Shown: positions 19,895 through 29,945, counted from the first letter of the stretch. The stretch is 64,000 bases of DNA from a virus (IMGVR_UViG_2657245143_000002:1-64000); one strand, 5' to 3'. Translations and numbers: made by a program. The notes: generated by a model from the sequence alone, not told the origin.

Positions 19895-21667
19895 ATGTTT
19901 AACGACGCACAACCGAGAGTTCCCGCCGGACGTCATGATGGTGGACAGTTCACCCAAGCCGACGGGGGTGGCCGGACCCAAGACCTTGCCCCGACCCTTG
20001 GCGACTCCGCGATGGTCGATGCCATTGTGGCCGCAGGAGCTGAAGCCTATGTTGCAGGCATCAGCGCCGAGCGGGTGAGCACATATTTGAGAACCGTTGG
20101 ACGTAACGATCTGCTCGCGCCCGACGATGCCGCGATGCGTCTGACCCCGTGGGAAGGTTTTAACGCACAGGGGCACCCTTTGAGAAGGAAAAGCACTTGT
20201 CTGTCCAAGGAGCAAGAAAATCGGCTGGTCAAGGCAACAGACGAAGAGCCGGTGCGCACTTATTTGACCCGGAAGGAACGCCTAGGGCAACCAGTGGCGG
20301 GCCCTTTGCCGTGGGAGTACGTCAGACTCACGGAGGAAGGCCGGCGGGTGGCGCTTGAGAATCTGCTGCTTGAGGCGCACGATACGCAGGCTCTCGCCGC
20401 CCGGCAGCTTGGGTTCTCTGATGACGCAGCCGAGGAATACGCGCATTGGATTGTCAACTATCGCTTGGCCGAAGCAACGCGAAACCTTGGGAAGCCTGAT
20501 AGGGAAACCCTTGATTACCTTGCCACGACGCTTTTGACCAATGGGGTCGAGAAGTACGTCACGCGCCCCGTGCCGAAGCTCGACGCGGCTTACATTGGCA
20601 CCGCCCGGCTCGGGCGCGCATTTGAAGGAACGTACAGGGTCGGCGCCGATTTCACGCGGTATGTCGCCCTGCTTAAACCGAGAAATGCCGAAACCGAGGC
20701 GGCGCTGTGGAATTCGTGCGCCCGCAAGCGGATGGACGAGGCACTTGGCACCGCATGGGACGCCCAGTTTGACAAAATCAAAGCGAAGTTCGACGTCGAG
20801 CCGATTGGCTACTGGGAATTCTACGACCCTTACTCCGTCCAGTCTCGGTCGGGTATCACGCCTCTTAACTACAGGCCCGCGAAGGAGAATCCCCAGCGTC
20901 TAGCCGAGATCAGGAAGCTCGCCACCTCCGGCGACAGGCAGGCGATGGCGACGGTCGCGGCTTGGGATGCAGCAGTGAAAAGCGCGGGTTCACACAATGC
21001 GACGATGCTGAGCAGCGGACGTTCGAGCGTGCCTTTTGCTCGAAACAAGGTCCACAGGACCATCGAACTTCCTTATAAGCCCACATCAATGTCCGTCGAA
21101 GGCACACGCCGTGGTGCTCGTTACATTTTTCGATACACCGACGGTCTGACGTATTACCGGGATGGCGTCGCCCAGTTCCGCAACGCCCGGCCGGTTTCCC
21201 TGAACGAACCAGTCGGCACCGATGACCACGCGGCGGAGTTCGGTGACCTCCTTGTCGGCTCACGCGCCGGTGGTTCGTACCGCGAGCGTGCGGCCGTGGA
21301 CCCCGCCGAAATCTACGAGGCCGGCCAGCGCTACGCGAGCGCCGCCGCCATTGCCAAGACGCTGCCCGACAATGACGAAAACAACGCGAAACTGCGTGAT
21401 TTCTTTGGCATTGACTTACACGAAGGAATCAAGGACGAGCAAGCCCGCGATGCGGTCATTGCGCGAGACATCACGAAGGCGCGAGCCGAGGGCATGCCGG
21501 AAGCTGTGATTCGCCGCCTTTGGAAACCGCAGTCAATTGAAAAGGCCAACACCTTCGCCAAAGGCCTCGCCGCGCGCCGCGCCCGAGCCAAGGCCGAAGC
21601 CGCAGCCGCCCAGCGCCGTCTCCATGACCTTGCAGCCCAGCGCCGCGCCGCGCAGCCCGCCCGCTGA
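19895..21667 (+). CDS. Hypothetical protein with N-terminal QPRVPAGxxxGGQFT motif and a sigma-70 region 3.2-like segment
   Basis: Long ORF; PVSLNEPVGTDDHAAEFGDLL; start uncertain (19745-19895). Confidence 0.65.
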   Translation: MFNDAQPRVPAGRHDGGQFTQADGGGRTQDLAPTLGDSAMVDAIVAAGAEAYVAGISAERVSTYLRTVGRNDLLAPDDAAMRLTPWEGFNAQGHPLRRKSTCLSKEQENRLVKATDEEPVRTYLTRKERLGQPVAGPLPWEYVRLTEEGRRVALENLLLEAHDTQALAARQLGFSDDAAEEYAHWIVNYRLAEATRNLGKPDRETLDYLATTLLTNGVEKYVTRPVPKLDAAYIGTARLGRAFEGTYRVGADFTRYVALLKPRNAETEAALWNSCARKRMDEALGTAWDAQFDKIKAKFDVEPIGYWEFYDPYSVQSRSGITPLNYRPAKENPQRLAEIRKLATSGDRQAMATVAAWDAAVKSAGSHNATMLSSGRSSVPFARNKVHRTIELPYKPTSMSVEGTRRGARYIFRYTDGLTYYRDGVAQFRNARPVSLNEPVGTDDHAAEFGDLLVGSRAGGSYRERAAVDPAEIYEAGQRYASAAAIAKTLPDNDENNAKLRDFFGIDLHEGIKDEQARDAVIARDITKARAEGMPEAVIRRLWKPQSIEKANTFAKGLAARRARAKAEAAAAQRRLHDLAAQRRAAQPAR

Positions 21668-21805
21668 TCGCGCACAGGCAATCAAGGCGGCGGGGCACAG
21701 ATCGCCCCGCCGCCAGCCTTCCAAGACAGACCCCGGGACCTTCTCCGACAGGTTCCGGGGTCTCACATTTCTCGGACAGCCACCATCGGAAACCGACTTG
21801 GAAGG

Positions 21806-24800
21806 ATGGTGGCTTCGATGGCAAGACCACGCCCGCGCGGAAGGTCACGCAATTCATACGGAAGGAACGAGCCGCAGGGGAGCCCGCACACCTTGGTGCT
21901 CGCCCTCGGCGTCGCAATCTCGATCGCATTGCAGTTCTTCGGCTGGCCCGGAGGCGCAGTGCTGCTCCTGACCTTCGTGGTCGCCCGGCTCTGCGCCAAG
22001 GGCACGTTCCCGACCGGCAAGGACGCTTGGGGCAAGCCTGCCCCCGCCGACAAACGGGAGCGCCGGGCGATGGACTCCTACGACGGCGTGATGAACCTCG
22101 CGTCGCCCGGCATGTGGCTGCTGCCCGTCGGCCCGTCGTGGGTGCTGGCGTTCGGCGTCGGCCTGCTGCTGTCGCCCACGCAGCGGCTCGGCATGGGCGT
22201 CGCGCTGCTCGACGCGCTCTGCGTCTGCGAGTCGCTGATGATGCTCGGCAACATGCGCCGCCGCAAGGTGCGCCCGGCACTCCACATGATGACGTGGGCC
22301 GAGTGGTGGAAGGACGCCAACCACGTCCTCTGCGTCGCCGTGGGCGTCCTGTCCGTCTGGGGCGCGGCGCTGCTGGCCGTCTTCGGCCGTCCGGCGGTGC
22401 CGGCGTTCGGCGTCGCGCTGACGCTGACCGGTGCCGTGTGGTGGCCGCCGCTGGTCAAGGCGTACAACAAGCCCGGCAGGGACGCCGCCAAGATGCTCGC
22501 CAAAGTCACCGACTGGCTCTCGCGCATGGGCAAGCCGCCGGTCGGCAGGCCGGTCGCCGCGTTCAACGCGAACGATCTGGGCGGAGGACTCACCGAGTGC
22601 ATCATCAAGGTCGCGGACGGCGAGGATTCGGAGCGCTGGTTCCGCGGCAACCTCGCCGACCAGCTCGCCCCGCTGGCGGAGCCGGAGAGGCTGCGCGTGA
22701 CGTTCGCGCCGACCAAGGACGGCGACCACACGAAGGCGGTGATGCTGCTCACGCCGACGGCGTTCCCCGGCATGGAGGGCTTGGACGCCAAGCAGGCCCG
22801 TGGCTGGCTCGTGGCCGAGTACATGCGCGTGTGCCGTCTGTGGAACGTCATACCGGGGCGCATCGGAAAAATGTCGCGCATCTCCTCGGATTCGTGGGTG
22901 TTCGAGATCGTGGGCGGCGAGACGTCGCCGTTCGTCGTCAACCGCGACTGGTTGCAGGGCACCGACGATGATCTGGGCCACGGCCTCAAGTCCCGCGTCG
23001 TGCAGGACCCTTCGCAGAGGCACTTCTACTGGCTGCTCGGCTCCGACGACGGCTACGACGACAAGGTCGCGTGCAAGTGGCGCGACATGAAGTCCCCGAC
23101 GCTGACCAAGGACACGGGCACCAAGGCATACCTCGCTCTGGTGTCCCGCGCCGCCAGCGACACCGCCATCTGGAACGAGGCGCTGTCGAAGGCGAAGCTG
23201 GACGCGCCCGTGGCGCTGTACGACACCGAGCGGGTGCTTGAGGGCCCCGGCTGGAAGGTCTCCCGAATCCTCGTGCAGATTCCGCGCTCCGCGTCGGGCA
23301 TCACCGACTATATGAAGGTGGACGCGAGGCCCGCCTTCGCGGACGCCGTGGTGGCCGATCTGCTGCCCATGCGCATGCGCGACGGGCGCTTCGCCTTGAG
23401 GCGCGGCGTGTTCCTGCGCGATGCGGGCGGCACGCCGCCGACCACGCTCGGCGGGGACAGGGGCTCGACCGAGGCGGCGTCCGAGGTCGCCAAGGTGCTC
23501 GTCGCCCGCGCGTTCCGCGAGGTGCTGAAGGCACCCATCGCCGTGATGTCCGCCTCGCAGCTCGCCAAGGACGGCTTCGGCTGGAGCATGTGGCGCGTCG
23601 CCATCAGATTGCCCGGCGGACTCGCCGCAGCCGACGTGGTGAGGAGGACCGCCGCCATGCAGTCCGCGCTCGGCGTGGAGAGGCTGCTGTGGAAGTGGAA
23701 CGGCCCCGCGGAGGCGGAGCTGTGGGCCGGGTCGAAGCCGAGGGTCAGCCCGCGTCAGGCGAGGCAGTGGTCCGACCAGCGCGACCAGAAGTCGGCCATC
23801 TCGCTGCTGCTCGACTCCGCTTGGGAGTCCGCGAAGCTGGTCGCCGCCGACGGCCGCACGCCGCACGCCGAGAGCGTGGACGACGCGGGCAACGGTCTGG
23901 TCCGCGTGGTGTTCTCGCTGCCCGCGGGTCTGTCGCCGGACGACATCGAGGCGAAGCTCGACAGGTTCAGGGCGACGTCGGGCTACGCATACGCGAGGGT
24001 GGAGGAGGCCCCGAAGGCCGGGGCGGTGCAACTGCTGCTCGGCGTGAAGGACCCGATGCCGGAGAGCGTGATGATCGACTGGTCCGTGGTGGACGCCTCG
24101 AAGCCCGACGAACTGCCCTTCGCCGTGGACGACCTCGGCAACGTGGTCCGTCACACGCTCGGACGGAGCCCGCATCTGCTCACCACGGGCGTCACTGGTT
24201 TTGGAAAGTCCTCCGTGGCGCAGGTCCTTTTGGCCGACGCCGCGGAGAAGGGTTGGGACATCATCGTGTGCGACCCGGAGAAGGGCGCGGTGGATTTCAT
24301 GCCCTTCCAGCACCTCTCGCTGGCCTTTGCCGTCACGCTGGAGGACACCGCCGCCGCGCTCAAGTGGGCTGAGGCCGAGATGGACCGCCGCATCAGACTT
24401 TATGGCGAGGCAAGGGTCAGCAGCATATGGGCCATGCCGGAGGATACCCGTCCCAAACCGCTGGCGATACTGGTGGATGAATTCAACAGCCTCCTCCAAA
24501 GTGACAAGGCCCCGCGCAACCCGGACGACGACCCGACCATCGCCAATCAGATCATCCAGATCAATGCGGCGAACAAGCTGCGTCAGATGTGCGGCGACAG
24601 TGTATCGAAGATCGCGGCCAAGGGTCGCTCCGCCGGCATCACGCTGATGCTCTGCGCACAGGCGCTTAACGCCAATGAGCTCAACCTGCTCTCTGCGGCC
24701 GGCACGCTGAAGCGGAATGTCGCCCGGATTTTCCTCGGCTCGGGCAACGCAGCGGGCAATGTCAGCCAGAACAACATCCGCGAGGCCAACCGCATCATCC

Positions 24801-25057
24801 GCAGCTTCGGCAACATGCCCAAGGGCCGTGGTCTGTATGAGCCGACCGGCGGCCATGTGGTCGGCATCCAGACTTGGTGGTCTGGCGGCGTCGATGCCCT
24901 GACCAAGCGGTTCGGCTCCAAACCGGAGGTCCGCAAAATCGACCTGTCGCCGTACCGGCAGCAGGCGTCCGGCAGGGTCGGCGTCATCGAGCAGCCGGTC
25001 GCCATGCCCGATGTGGTGACAGTCGATGACTCCTCCGACGAGGATTGGGACATCTGA
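21806..25057 (+). CDS. Membrane-bound FtsK/SpoIIIE-family DNA translocase-like ATPase
   Basis: N-terminal TM helices; PHLLTTGVTGFGKS, ILVDEF, GRSAGITLMLCAQ. Confidence 0.85.
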   Translation: MVASMARPRPRGRSRNSYGRNEPQGSPHTLVLALGVAISIALQFFGWPGGAVLLLTFVVARLCAKGTFPTGKDAWGKPAPADKRERRAMDSYDGVMNLASPGMWLLPVGPSWVLAFGVGLLLSPTQRLGMGVALLDALCVCESLMMLGNMRRRKVRPALHMMTWAEWWKDANHVLCVAVGVLSVWGAALLAVFGRPAVPAFGVALTLTGAVWWPPLVKAYNKPGRDAAKMLAKVTDWLSRMGKPPVGRPVAAFNANDLGGGLTECIIKVADGEDSERWFRGNLADQLAPLAEPERLRVTFAPTKDGDHTKAVMLLTPTAFPGMEGLDAKQARGWLVAEYMRVCRLWNVIPGRIGKMSRISSDSWVFEIVGGETSPFVVNRDWLQGTDDDLGHGLKSRVVQDPSQRHFYWLLGSDDGYDDKVACKWRDMKSPTLTKDTGTKAYLALVSRAASDTAIWNEALSKAKLDAPVALYDTERVLEGPGWKVSRILVQIPRSASGITDYMKVDARPAFADAVVADLLPMRMRDGRFALRRGVFLRDAGGTPPTTLGGDRGSTEAASEVAKVLVARAFREVLKAPIAVMSASQLAKDGFGWSMWRVAIRLPGGLAAADVVRRTAAMQSALGVERLLWKWNGPAEAELWAGSKPRVSPRQARQWSDQRDQKSAISLLLDSAWESAKLVAADGRTPHAESVDDAGNGLVRVVFSLPAGLSPDDIEAKLDRFRATSGYAYARVEEAPKAGAVQLLLGVKDPMPESVMIDWSVVDASKPDELPFAVDDLGNVVRHTLGRSPHLLTTGVTGFGKSSVAQVLLADAAEKGWDIIVCDPEKGAVDFMPFQHLSLAFAVTLEDTAAALKWAEAEMDRRIRLYGEARVSSIWAMPEDTRPKPLAILVDEFNSLLQSDKAPRNPDDDPTIANQIIQINAANKLRQMCGDSVSKIAAKGRSAGITLMLCAQALNANELNLLSAAGTLKRNVARIFLGSGNAAGNVSQNNIREANRIIRSFGNMPKGRGLYEPTGGHVVGIQTWWSGGVDALTKRFGSKPEVRKIDLSPYRQQASGRVGVIEQPVAMPDVVTVDDSSDEDWDI

Positions 25058-25074
25058 TCTCGCCTATGAAGACG

Positions 25075-25104
25075 AAGAGCCTCCTGCCAAGCACAGGGGC
25101 TCTT
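25075..25104. terminator. Hairpin between convergent genes
   Basis: AAGAGCCTCCTG...CAGGGGCTCTT. Confidence 0.55.
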
Positions 25105-25106
25105 CC

Positions 25107-27086
25107 TTATTCCTTGTTGGCCGCCGCCCTTTTGTGGGCGCATGAAGGGCAGCCATTCTCCGCGATGCGGTTGGCTATCACCGCAGCCCATGAGCGACCG
25201 CAGTATGGGCACAGCCACCAGACCTTGCGCCCGCTGCGTGGCATCACATCGGCGGGTTTCAGGTCGCCGTTCCTCTCGGAATCCCATTGCAAAGCCAGTT
25301 CGGGGTTGATCGTGGCGAGGTCGTTGAAGCCTTGGAGCACCTTCCGACTGCCGCAGTAGGGACATCCGCCACCCCTGTTGCGGTTGGCTATGGATGCCTG
25401 CCACTCGTGACCAAGTTCGTCCTTCCACCAGACCTTGCGATGGCTGCCCGCCGTGACCTCCGCAGGAGTCAGGACGCCGTTTCTTGTCGGGTGCCACTGG
25501 GCGGCGAGCTGCGGATTGCATGTGGCTAGATCGTTGACGCCCTCGTTGACGACTCGTCCGGCGCAGGCGGGGCAGCCCGTGCTTTTGTCACTTGTGCGGC
25601 TGACCACGGTGGCTCGCCACTCATAGCCGCATGCACGGCAGCGCCACCACACCTTGCGGGAGCTTCCCACGGCCACGCCGGAGGGCGTGAGTTCGCCGTT
25701 GCGTTCGGCGTCCCACTCTTGGGCGATGTCGGAGCGTCGGGTAGCCAGATCGTTGTCCCCGGCGAGGACCTTCCTATTCGCGCAGTATGGGCAACCCGGC
25801 TTCAGGCTCGGGTTGGTCCGGGAGTTGATGACCGCCTGCCAGTGGTGCCCTTTGCCACATGTCCACCAGACGTTGCTGCTTGCGGAGTATGTGAATTGCT
25901 CCGGGGTCAGTCCTTCGTTGCGTTCGTAGTCCCATTGCGCGGCGACATCGGGGCAGCGTGCCGCCAAGGAGTTCTCCCTGCGCATTCGCTCGAACTGCGC
26001 GAGGATTTCCGGTTGGTCACGGCGGGTGTCGATGTCCTTGGCGTCTTCGAGGCCAAGCATGCGCTCCAGCACGGCGATGCACCCGTCAAGGTTCCGCCAC
26101 TTGTCGTGCTTGACGTCATAGCTGATCGCGTCACCTTCCAGACTGTAGGCGTCGGATTCCCTGACGCGGATAAGGCGCACCCCGGCCTTCCTCAGCGAGG
26201 CACCCTTCCGTTCGTCGTTGCGTCCTGCGGCCTTGCGGTGGTAGAAGATTCCGTCATATTCGACCGCCGTGTTCAGCGAGGGCACGTAGGCATCGACCTC
26301 CCACACTGTGCCGTCGATCTCTGGTTTCCATTGGTTGATTGTCCCGGCGTCGATGTCCCGCCGCAGGTAATAGACGACTGCCTGTTCGGGGATGGAGGTG
26401 CGGGTGCCCTCCTGACATTTGGGGCATCCGGTTCCTTGGTTTGTCCTGAGATTCACCGTGGTGCGCCACTCGTGGCCTTTTTCGCAGCGCCACCAGACCT
26501 TCCTGATGCTGCCTTTGCCCACCTGACTGGGTGTCAGTGCGCCGTTGCGGTCGTAATCCCACTCCTTTGCGATGTCCGGGTACAGCGTCGCAAGGTCGTT
26601 GAATCCGGGGAGAACCCGTTGGCCGGAGCAATAGGGGCACCCGTTGCCTTTGTTGTTGCTTCGGGAATTGACGGTCGCCTGCCATTCATGTCCCCGGTCG
26701 CATCTCCACCAGACCTTCCGGGCCGTCCCGGCGATGACATCCTTCGGCGTCAGCCCGTTGTTCTTCGCCGGGTGCCATTGACGCGCAAGCTCCGGGTCCG
26801 TCGTCGCCAGATCATTGTATTCGGGGAGCAGCTTTTGGTTGGAGCAGTAGGGGCATCCGTTGCCTTGCGCCCTTGAGGCCACGGACGCCTCCCACGAGTG
26901 TCCCTTGTCGCAGAGCCACCAAGCCTTGCGTTGGGTTCCCAGCAGAACCTCATTCGGTTTCAGGGTGTTCTTCTCGGCATCCCATTGCTTCGAGAGCTCC
27001 GGTCGCCGTGTAGCCAGATCGTTGACACCTCTCGTCAGTCGGCCCATTCGCGCACCCTCCTTGTTCTCCATACCATTATGCAGCAA
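25107..27086 (-). CDS. Zinc-ribbon repeat (DUF4379-like) protein with central PD-(D/E)xK nuclease domain
   Basis: About eight repeats of NDLAT..P.LA.QW...N...P......S.RKVWW.C..GH.W......R....GCPYC; central EVDAYVPSLNTAVEYDGIFYH. Confidence 0.85.
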   Translation of the reverse strand: MLHNGMENKEGARMGRLTRGVNDLATRRPELSKQWDAEKNTLKPNEVLLGTQRKAWWLCDKGHSWEASVASRAQGNGCPYCSNQKLLPEYNDLATTDPELARQWHPAKNNGLTPKDVIAGTARKVWWRCDRGHEWQATVNSRSNNKGNGCPYCSGQRVLPGFNDLATLYPDIAKEWDYDRNGALTPSQVGKGSIRKVWWRCEKGHEWRTTVNLRTNQGTGCPKCQEGTRTSIPEQAVVYYLRRDIDAGTINQWKPEIDGTVWEVDAYVPSLNTAVEYDGIFYHRKAAGRNDERKGASLRKAGVRLIRVRESDAYSLEGDAISYDVKHDKWRNLDGCIAVLERMLGLEDAKDIDTRRDQPEILAQFERMRRENSLAARCPDVAAQWDYERNEGLTPEQFTYSASSNVWWTCGKGHHWQAVINSRTNPSLKPGCPYCANRKVLAGDNDLATRRSDIAQEWDAERNGELTPSGVAVGSSRKVWWRCRACGYEWRATVVSRTSDKSTGCPACAGRVVNEGVNDLATCNPQLAAQWHPTRNGVLTPAEVTAGSHRKVWWKDELGHEWQASIANRNRGGGCPYCGSRKVLQGFNDLATINPELALQWDSERNGDLKPADVMPRSGRKVWWLCPYCGRSWAAVIANRIAENGCPSCAHKRAAANKE

Positions 27087-27088
27087 AC

Positions 27089-27125
27089 AGGAACCGGCCC
27101 ACCAACGCTGACGGGCCGGTTCCTG
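27089..27125 (-). terminator. Hairpin
   Basis: AGGAACCGGCCC...GGGCCGGTTCCT perfect 12-bp stem. Confidence 0.6.
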
Positions 27126-27220
27126 CCTAGGAGACTTCAGTTATTCCGCGTCGGTTCGGAGGGCTCCGGTTCGGCCTCGGCAAGCCTCCTCACCTCGCAT
27201 GGTCGGCATGGTGCGGATTC

Positions 27221-27556
27221 CTACTCGGCCTCCGTCTCCGGGAACTTCCTGAGAATCTGCGCCTTGGTCAGGTTCGGCAGACCGCAGCCCTGACGCAGGA
27301 ACTCGCGGACGTGCTTCATGGTCGTGGCGCTGTACAGATCGACGTTGTGCAGCTCCACGGTCGGCCCCTCTTGGCCGGGATGCTCGGTGATGGTGGCGAC
27401 CGGCGTCTCGTAGCTCGTCAGGATGAATCCCATGCCGCCGTCCTTCTGCGGGACCGAGGCGTAGTGCGCCTTGCCGTAGAAGGACCTCTGCGAGAGGAAG
27501 TCCGGTCGGAGTTCGTGCGAGCCTGCGTGGTGGTCGAGCGTGTTGTACATCTTCAA
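27221..27556 (-). CDS. Small phage/plasmid-type hypothetical protein
   Basis: SFYGKAH...LTSYETPVA...YSATTMKHVREFL; AAAGGA RBS. Confidence 0.7.
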   Translation of the reverse strand: MKMYNTLDHHAGSHELRPDFLSQRSFYGKAHYASVPQKDGGMGFILTSYETPVATITEHPGQEGPTVELHNVDLYSATTMKHVREFLRQGCGLPNLTKAQILRKFPETEAE

Positions 27557-27604
27557 GTCCTTTCGACGCCGGACGCATGGGGCGGAGACAGGCTTATGAA
27601 AAAA

Positions 27605-27628
27605 AAGGACTCCCCGAAAGGAGTCCTT
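27605..27628 (-). terminator. Rho-independent terminator
   Basis: AAGGACTCC..GGAGTCCTT stem with an A-run on + (U-tract on -). Confidence 0.75.
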
Positions 27629-27643
27629 GCTGTTCGGCGCGGC

Positions 27644-28858
27644 CTACTTGAGGTGCCAGAGGGTCGGCACGCCGTTGACGCAGGTCTGCAACGCGGTGCC
27701 GGTGAACGGGTTGACGTAGCCGTCAACGCTGGGTTCGATGCCGGACACGGTGTAGGTTCTGCCGCCGACGTTCACCTTGCTGCCGACGCCCAGACCGTAG
27801 AGTGCGCTGCCGCCCATGTAGTCGTGCGCCGCGTAGATGGTCTGGGAGCCGTCCGAAGAGGAGGCGCGTACCCAGCCGCCGGCGTCGATGGCACCTTGGC
27901 AGGTGGACGAGTCACCTCTCTGGTAGGTGCAGTTGCGCACGCCGCTGATGGACGTGATGCCGCTGCCACCGGCGTAGCCGGAGGCGCTGTAGGAGCCGCC
28001 ACGACCGGAGGTGCCGTAGGAGCTGGCGGACGCGGCTTGGGCGGCCGCGGCCTCCTGAGCCACGCGGGCGTCATGGGACTTCACCGCGTCGTTCACCTTG
28101 TTCTTCGCGTCGTCAAGGGCGGCACGCTTGGCGTCGGCGGTGGCCCTGTCCGCGGTGTCCTTGACGGAGTTGGCGTCGTCCAGCTTGGCCTTGAGGTCGT
28201 TGCGCACGTTCCCGTCATCGACCTTGCCGTTGCTTGAGTCGTAGACTCCTTGGGCGTCGTTGATGGATTGGGCGAGCGCGGCGCGTGCGTCCTTGTTCAG
28301 CTTCTCGGCCTTGGAGGCCTCCACCGCCTTGACGCTCCTGTCCAAGGCGTCCTTGGCGGTCCTGATGTCGGCCTTGCGTGCCTCGGCGTAGTCGATCACC
28401 CTATTGTAGTCGTGCAGGGTGCGCGGTTCCTCCGGGCTGTACGCCTTGGTCAGTTCCGCGAAGGCGTCGTTGTCGGCGTAGCTCTTCAGGTTGACGAGGG
28501 TGTTCGGGTCAGCCACGTCGGTGTCCTTGGTGCCCTCCGCGAGCTTGTTCGCGGAGTCGATGGCGTCCTTGAGCGCCTTGGAGCTCCTGTTGCTCTCGCC
28601 CAGTACCACGGGGTACTCGGCCTTGGCGGCGTTCAGGTTCTCCACGCCGTAGGCGGTCGCCACTCCGCCGCCCGCGAGCGCGGCGATGGTCGCCAGCGAT
28701 GCGGTGGCGGCGATGGCGATGTGCTTGGCGTCGCTGAGGTGGAGCTTGATCGCGGCGGTGCCGTCGGAGAGGCCTTTGCCGATGGCGTGGCCCTTCTTGG
28801 AGAAGGCGTCGTGGGTTCTCTGGGTGCTTTCACCGGGGTTCTTCCTGAAGTTCTTCAT
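27644..28858 (-). CDS. Membrane-anchored coiled-coil protein with C-terminal sortase-like domain
   Basis: TM helix, Ala/Lys/Asp coiled coil, Ser/Gly linker, then IYAAHDY...GSKVNV...TALQTC (His...xLxTC arrangement). Confidence 0.6.
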   Translation of the reverse strand: MKNFRKNPGESTQRTHDAFSKKGHAIGKGLSDGTAAIKLHLSDAKHIAIAATASLATIAALAGGGVATAYGVENLNAAKAEYPVVLGESNRSSKALKDAIDSANKLAEGTKDTDVADPNTLVNLKSYADNDAFAELTKAYSPEEPRTLHDYNRVIDYAEARKADIRTAKDALDRSVKAVEASKAEKLNKDARAALAQSINDAQGVYDSSNGKVDDGNVRNDLKAKLDDANSVKDTADRATADAKRAALDDAKNKVNDAVKSHDARVAQEAAAAQAASASSYGTSGRGGSYSASGYAGGSGITSISGVRNCTYQRGDSSTCQGAIDAGGWVRASSSDGSQTIYAAHDYMGGSALYGLGVGSKVNVGGRTYTVSGIEPSVDGYVNPFTGTALQTCVNGVPTLWHLK

Positions 28859-28978
28859 GTCGTGTCCTTTTGTTTTGTCGTTTCGATCTTGCGGGGACTT
28901 CATGGCGCGGATTCCTCTCCGCTTGGTTGGTGCCCTTGGCCGCTTGACCTTGTGGCATGGTCATGGTGCGGAAAACGG

Positions 28979-29017
28979 AAACCGGAGGTCTTCGCCGCCG
29001 AAGCCTCCGGTTTTTTG
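28979..29017. terminator. Hairpin with T-tract
   Basis: AAACCGGAGG...CCTCCGGTTTTTT. Confidence 0.55.
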
Positions 29018-29024
29018 GTGCGCA

Positions 29025-29195
29025 TCAGTGCGGGATGCTGGGCACGTAGGGGTTGTCCTCGCCGTCGAGCCGTCGGATGCCTGTGACCGGCGACGGTTCG
29101 TCCACGATGTCCTCGGTGACGGGCGCGTACACCATCGCGTCGGCGCGGGGGCTCCACTGGTCGAAGCGGTGCCCGTCGGTGCCGGGAATCCTCAT
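29025..29195 (-). CDS. Small hypothetical protein (56 aa)
   Basis: MRIPGTDGHRFDQWSPR...; follows the upstream gene closely. Confidence 0.45.
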   Translation of the reverse strand: MRIPGTDGHRFDQWSPRADAMVYAPVTEDIVDEPSPVTGIRRLDGEDNPYVPSIPH

Positions 29196-29202
29196 GGTGG
29201 CC

Positions 29203-29589
29203 CTACTCGAATCGTACGGTGCGCTTGGTCATCGGGTCGCCCGCGAGTTCGAGCAGGCGTTGGAGCTTCGCGTTGCAGTCGGTGCTCAGCACCTCCGCCT
29301 TGTACGGGCGTCGCTCCGCGATGGCCTTGTTGAGGATTCCGGCGACCTGCTCGCGGGGAACGATGTCGTCCTGCACATGGGGGAGAGTCTGGTGCCACGC
29401 CTTCGGGCTGAGGCTCACGGTGTGCCATGCCTCGAAGTCGTCCGTCTTCACGATGCACAGCGCGTCGGTCCACACCGAGAGGTCGTGCGCCTCGCCCACC
29501 CTGTACCACTGCGGGTCCTCGGCCGCGAGCTCCCCTGCGAGTCTGTCGAACTCGGCCTGCTTGGTGATGTTGTTGTCTCCCACGATCAT
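29203..29589 (-). CDS. Hypothetical protein
   Basis: AAAGGA RBS; MIVGDNNITK. Confidence 0.6.
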   Translation of the reverse strand: MIVGDNNITKQAEFDRLAGELAAEDPQWYRVGEAHDLSVWTDALCIVKTDDFEAWHTVSLSPKAWHQTLPHVQDDIVPREQVAGILNKAIAERRPYKAEVLSTDCNAKLQRLLELAGDPMTKRTVRFE

Positions 29590-29603
29590 GTCTCGGTTCC
29601 TTT

Positions 29604-29945
29604 CTAAAAGAGTGTGGTCTGGGTGTCGCCGTGCTCGTGCCTGCCGGTCCATGCGGCGGCGAGCACCTTCCACGGCTTGTAGAGCGGGACGCCGCACACG
29701 GTGGCGTCCGGCTTGGCGAGCGGGGTCGGGTCCTTGACGAGCCTCGACAGCTCGGCCTCGGTCAGCGGCGTGCCCAGCTGCCGCATCAGCGGCAGCTTCG
29801 TGATAAGCGCGTGCAGTCTGATGATGCTGATTCCGTCGTCGGTGATGACGAAGAAACCGTGCGCCGCGAGCTGCGGTATGAACGCCTCCGGCACGTCGAG
29901 CAGCCTCGCCGCCTGTTCGTTTCCTATGTATCCCGGTCTTGTCAT
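29604..29945 (-). CDS. Small putative DNA-binding (excisionase/HTH-like) protein
   Basis: YIGNEQAARLLDVPEAFIPQLAAHG; AAAGGAG RBS. Confidence 0.5.
   Translation of the reverse strand: MTRPGYIGNEQAARLLDVPEAFIPQLAAHGFFVITDDGISIIRLHALITKLPLMRQLGTPLTEAELSRLVKDPTPLAKPDATVCGVPLYKPWKVLAAAWTGRHEHGDTQTTLF

Noticed and set aside
25107-27086. Repeats as DGR template/variable regions or a non-coding array
   Set aside because: They are in-frame protein domain repeats; no reverse transcriptase is present in the window.
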